This document shows positions 61,682 through 64,000 of a stretch of DNA of 64,000 bases, piece by piece. Source of the DNA: Oligoflexales bacterium (GTDB lineage Bacteria > Bdellovibrionota_B > Oligoflexia > Oligoflexales > JALZUQ01). Positions within the stretch are counted from its first letter, which is position 1; each line of letters begins with the position of its first letter. A program made the position numbers and the translations under genes. The stretch is taken from contig JALZUO010000016.1 of NCBI GenBank assembly GCA_023301565.1, positions 6,967 through 70,966 on the forward strand, written 5' to 3'. The notes under the pieces were generated by a model. It saw nothing but the letters and a program-made list of their open reading frames with translations, had not been told where the DNA came from and ran no database searches.

Positions 61682-61929
61682 TGTTGCGACACCTTTTTAT
61701 CCGGCGTTGTGTGTGTGGCAGCCTTGCTGAGCTTGCCTTCCATAGTCAGCTTTGACAGTTCGGTTTGCAAGGTGTTGTGTTGTTCGCGCAAGGAAACAAT
61801 CTCTGATTGGCGTTCGCTAATTTTGTAGCCCAAAAGAACCGTGTGCATACGCATTTGAATATGAAAATAGCTAAAACCAACAAGCACGAGAAATACAAGA
61901 AGCGGCCAATGTTGAGGTTTCCGAAGCAT
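61678..61929 (-). CDS. ftsL: Cell division protein FtsL-like (bitopic, coiled coil)
   Basis: 83 aa with a single TM helix (WPLLVFLVLVGFSYF) followed by a heptad-like region. Sits between rsmH and ftsI. Confidence 0.55.
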   Translation of the reverse strand: MLRKPQHWPLLVFLVLVGFSYFHIQMRMHTVLLGYKISERQSEIVSLREQHNTLQTELSKLTMEGKLSKAATHTTPDKKVSQQ

Positions 61930-62009
61930 GCAATTACTTTAACATTTTACATAGCTTTTGGGGTTAATTTCAAAAAACTCTGGTGGCCCGCAAGGCTACT
62001 TAAATATTT

Positions 62010-63017
62010 TTAAATCTTTTTTTTAACCCAACGCAGCTTAGCGCTTCGGCTCCGTGGGTTTACTTCCAGCTCTGCTTTGCTTGGCTTTTGTGGAAATGGC
62101 TTTATGATTTCAAAACTGGCGTCTTCACTAGCCTTGTCTGTAACGGGAAGTTGCGCAAATAGATGCTCTTCCGCCAATGACTTCGAGCCGCATAGTTTGC
62201 GGAATCCTTTTTTCACTCTTTTATCTTCGAGCGAGTGAAAACTAATTACACCCATGGTTCCGTTTTTAGCTAGCATGTCAGGGCCAGTTTCAAGTAGCGC
62301 TTCCAACTCGCCTAGCTCATTGTTTACGGCGATTCTGAGTGCTTGAAAGACGCGCGTACCAGGGTGGACGCGGCTTTTTGATCTGGACCATATGCCTTTG
62401 GCTATATCTGCTAGCTGGCTTGGGTTTGAAAAGGGTGTTTGCTCGCGCCTTTCACAGATTCTTCGCGCGAAAACCCTGGCTTTGGGCTCTTCGCCAAATT
62501 CAAAGAATATTTTTGTTAGCTCTTCTGGGCTGTACTCGTTCAGGATCATTGCAGCGTGTAGCTCTGAGCTTTTGTCCATGCGCATATCTAAGCTTTGCGA
62601 ATCAAAGCCAAAGCCGCGCTCGGGTGCGTCTAGCTGCGGAGAGGAAACACCTATATCTGCAAACAAATAGTCTACCTTTTGCCCGAACTCATAGCTTTGC
62701 AGTACGAGCTTTAGCTGTGAAAACTTGCAGTGATGTAAAGAAAACTGATTACCGTAGGTAGCTTTTAGGTGTTTAGCTTGTTCGGATGAAATAGCGTCTT
62801 CATCTTGATCTACTGCGATCAAGTGAAAGGGCATATTCGCTTGCTTTAGTATTTCAAGAAAAGCTTGGCTGTGCCCTCCCCTGCCAAAGGTACAATCAAC
62901 GGCTAAGAAAGGTCTGTTTTTTACACCAGACTTTTTTTTATTTTCTAAAACCGTCTGCAGCATAGAGATGGCTTCATCAAATAAAACGGGCTTATGCTTA
63001 AATTCCTTCGCTCGCAA
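62010..63017 (-). CDS. rsmH: 16S rRNA (cytosine1402-N4)-methyltransferase
   Basis: HKPVLFDEA N-terminus, SAM-binding DCTFGRGGHS, SFHSLEDKRVK, and a C-terminal NPRSRSAKLR motif. TTG start. Confidence 0.9.
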   Translation of the reverse strand: MRAKEFKHKPVLFDEAISMLQTVLENKKKSGVKNRPFLAVDCTFGRGGHSQAFLEILKQANMPFHLIAVDQDEDAISSEQAKHLKATYGNQFSLHHCKFSQLKLVLQSYEFGQKVDYLFADIGVSSPQLDAPERGFGFDSQSLDMRMDKSSELHAAMILNEYSPEELTKIFFEFGEEPKARVFARRICERREQTPFSNPSQLADIAKGIWSRSKSRVHPGTRVFQALRIAVNNELGELEALLETGPDMLAKNGTMGVISFHSLEDKRVKKGFRKLCGSKSLAEEHLFAQLPVTDKASEDASFEIIKPFPQKPSKAELEVNPRSRSAKLRWVKKKI

Positions 63018-63702
63018 GTTTTTTGACCCCTTTTCGGCTAGCTACAAAACAGAGCGCTGCCATACTCAAGCCAAATACATAGCACAAATACAAAGGAGAC
63101 AACTGAAAAGTTCCAGCAATCAAAAGGCAAAAAGGAAGGATAAAAAGGGCTGATAAAAGAAACCACCCCTTATATATAGAAAGGGTAAACAGAGCCCCTA
63201 GACTTGTTATAGCAAAGGTTAAGGCCATTTGAGAAAAAACCAAGCCGAATCCGGTACTTAAATATGCATATACAAGCTCTAAGCGAAAGATGCTTAGGCC
63301 AATAAGGGCGACTACACAAACAATAGCAGTAAGGTGCAGCCCACTACCAAACTCTGTACAGTGAATTTCTTGCCTATACGTGGTGACTAGGCAAGCCCAG
63401 AAAAACCCAAGACTGACCACAGCACTCATGGCATTGGGCGGGTCATAAACGAAAACACCGAGCCCTAGACAAGCCCCTAGAAAAGTCAAAATAGGTGGCG
63501 CTAGCCCACCCCAAAAACTGGCAAAAAAACATAAAATAGACAGGGCCAACAGTACACTTCTTAGACTAGTGTCCTGTAAATCTACAAGATAGCTTCCCAG
63601 GTCAAGGTTTAACAGGCTACTGATTTGCAGAAAAATAGAAACGCCCAAAACGGCATATCCTAATGTAATTGCAATAGTTTTAAGGGTTTTTGGCATAAAC
63701 AA
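62998..63702 (-). CDS. Hypothetical polytopic membrane protein (about 7 hydrophobic segments)
   Basis: 234-aa ORF, hydrophobic throughout. Its stop overlaps the rsmH start by 20 nt. No family recognised. Confidence 0.45.
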   Translation of the reverse strand: MFMPKTLKTIAITLGYAVLGVSIFLQISSLLNLDLGSYLVDLQDTSLRSVLLALSILCFFASFWGGLAPPILTFLGACLGLGVFVYDPPNAMSAVVSLGFFWACLVTTYRQEIHCTEFGSGLHLTAIVCVVALIGLSIFRLELVYAYLSTGFGLVFSQMALTFAITSLGALFTLSIYKGWFLLSALFILPFCLLIAGTFQLSPLYLCYVFGLSMAALCFVASRKGVKKLASEGI

Positions 63703-64000
63703 CTCACATTCACGTACAGCTACAGGGTTAGAAGGGCTACATATCTCTGGCCCAGCTAATCTTTAAGTTGCAAAAGAAGCTCCAACACCCAGGTACAAAA
63801 GCCTTTTTCCGTAAGATTTTGCAAAAAAATAAAAACCATAGTCAATCTTGCCTCTTAAAGCCCAATTCGCCTTTAGGCCAAAATAGGCCCTAAGGCGCCC
63901 AAAGCTCTTTGGCTGCGAGCAAAGCTACCCTAAAAAACTTCAAAGATTTCAGGAACTGCCGATAGACATAGGGAGACGATTTTGGATGAACCAAACGAAT

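Overview
This is an origin-proximal, almost entirely core-genome segment of a Gram-negative (diderm) bacterium. I support about 60 real CDS and two tRNA-Ser genes.

Content from left to right:
- ftsK, with its 5' end cut by the window edge.
- Two small exported proteins.
- gcvT-gcvH.
- The kdsD-lptC-lptA-lptB-rpoN-rapZ module on the minus strand.
- pyrG, an M50 protease and an orphan beta-barrel-like outer membrane protein.
- tRNA-Ser(GCU) and tRNA-Ser(UGA).
- A 7.7-kb surface-glycopolymer cluster with teichoic-acid-type CDP-glycerol genes: WecA-like, TagD, TagF-like, ManC-like, 2-hydroxyacid dehydrogenase, FAD oxidoreductase and a beta-lactamase-fold hydrolase.
- gatCAB, a nitroreductase, gyrA, gyrB and dnaN.
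- A candidate oriC with DnaA boxes and a DnaA-trio-like element in the dnaN-dnaA spacer, then dnaA.
- An F1Fo ATP synthase gene set that is physically split by a parS-parA-parS-parS-parB-parS partition locus and by an unusual 80% A+T homopolymer-tract array.
- A hypothetical membrane-anchored protein and an epimerase-fold protein.
- A 16-kb dcw cluster on the minus strand: rsmH-ftsL-ftsI-murE-murF-mraY-murD-TM2-ftsW-murC-ftsQ-ftsA-ftsZ.

The gene order and motifs remind me of Bdellovibrio-like organisms, but that is an unverified impression.

I found no transposase, integrase, CRISPR array, toxin-antitoxin pair or recognisable defence gene. I cannot point to a convincing new multi-gene system. 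The best second-look candidates are:
- the A/T-tract array with TTTTGCGAAA/TTTTCGAAAA motifs next to the parS cluster;
- the par locus embedded in the atp operon;
- the CDP-glycerol glycopolymer cluster in a diderm;
- the TM2-domain gene inserted in the dcw cluster;
- the signal-peptide-like extension on ATP synthase subunit c.

All coordinates, motif matches and counts were made by eye from the sequence and ORF track. No searches were run.
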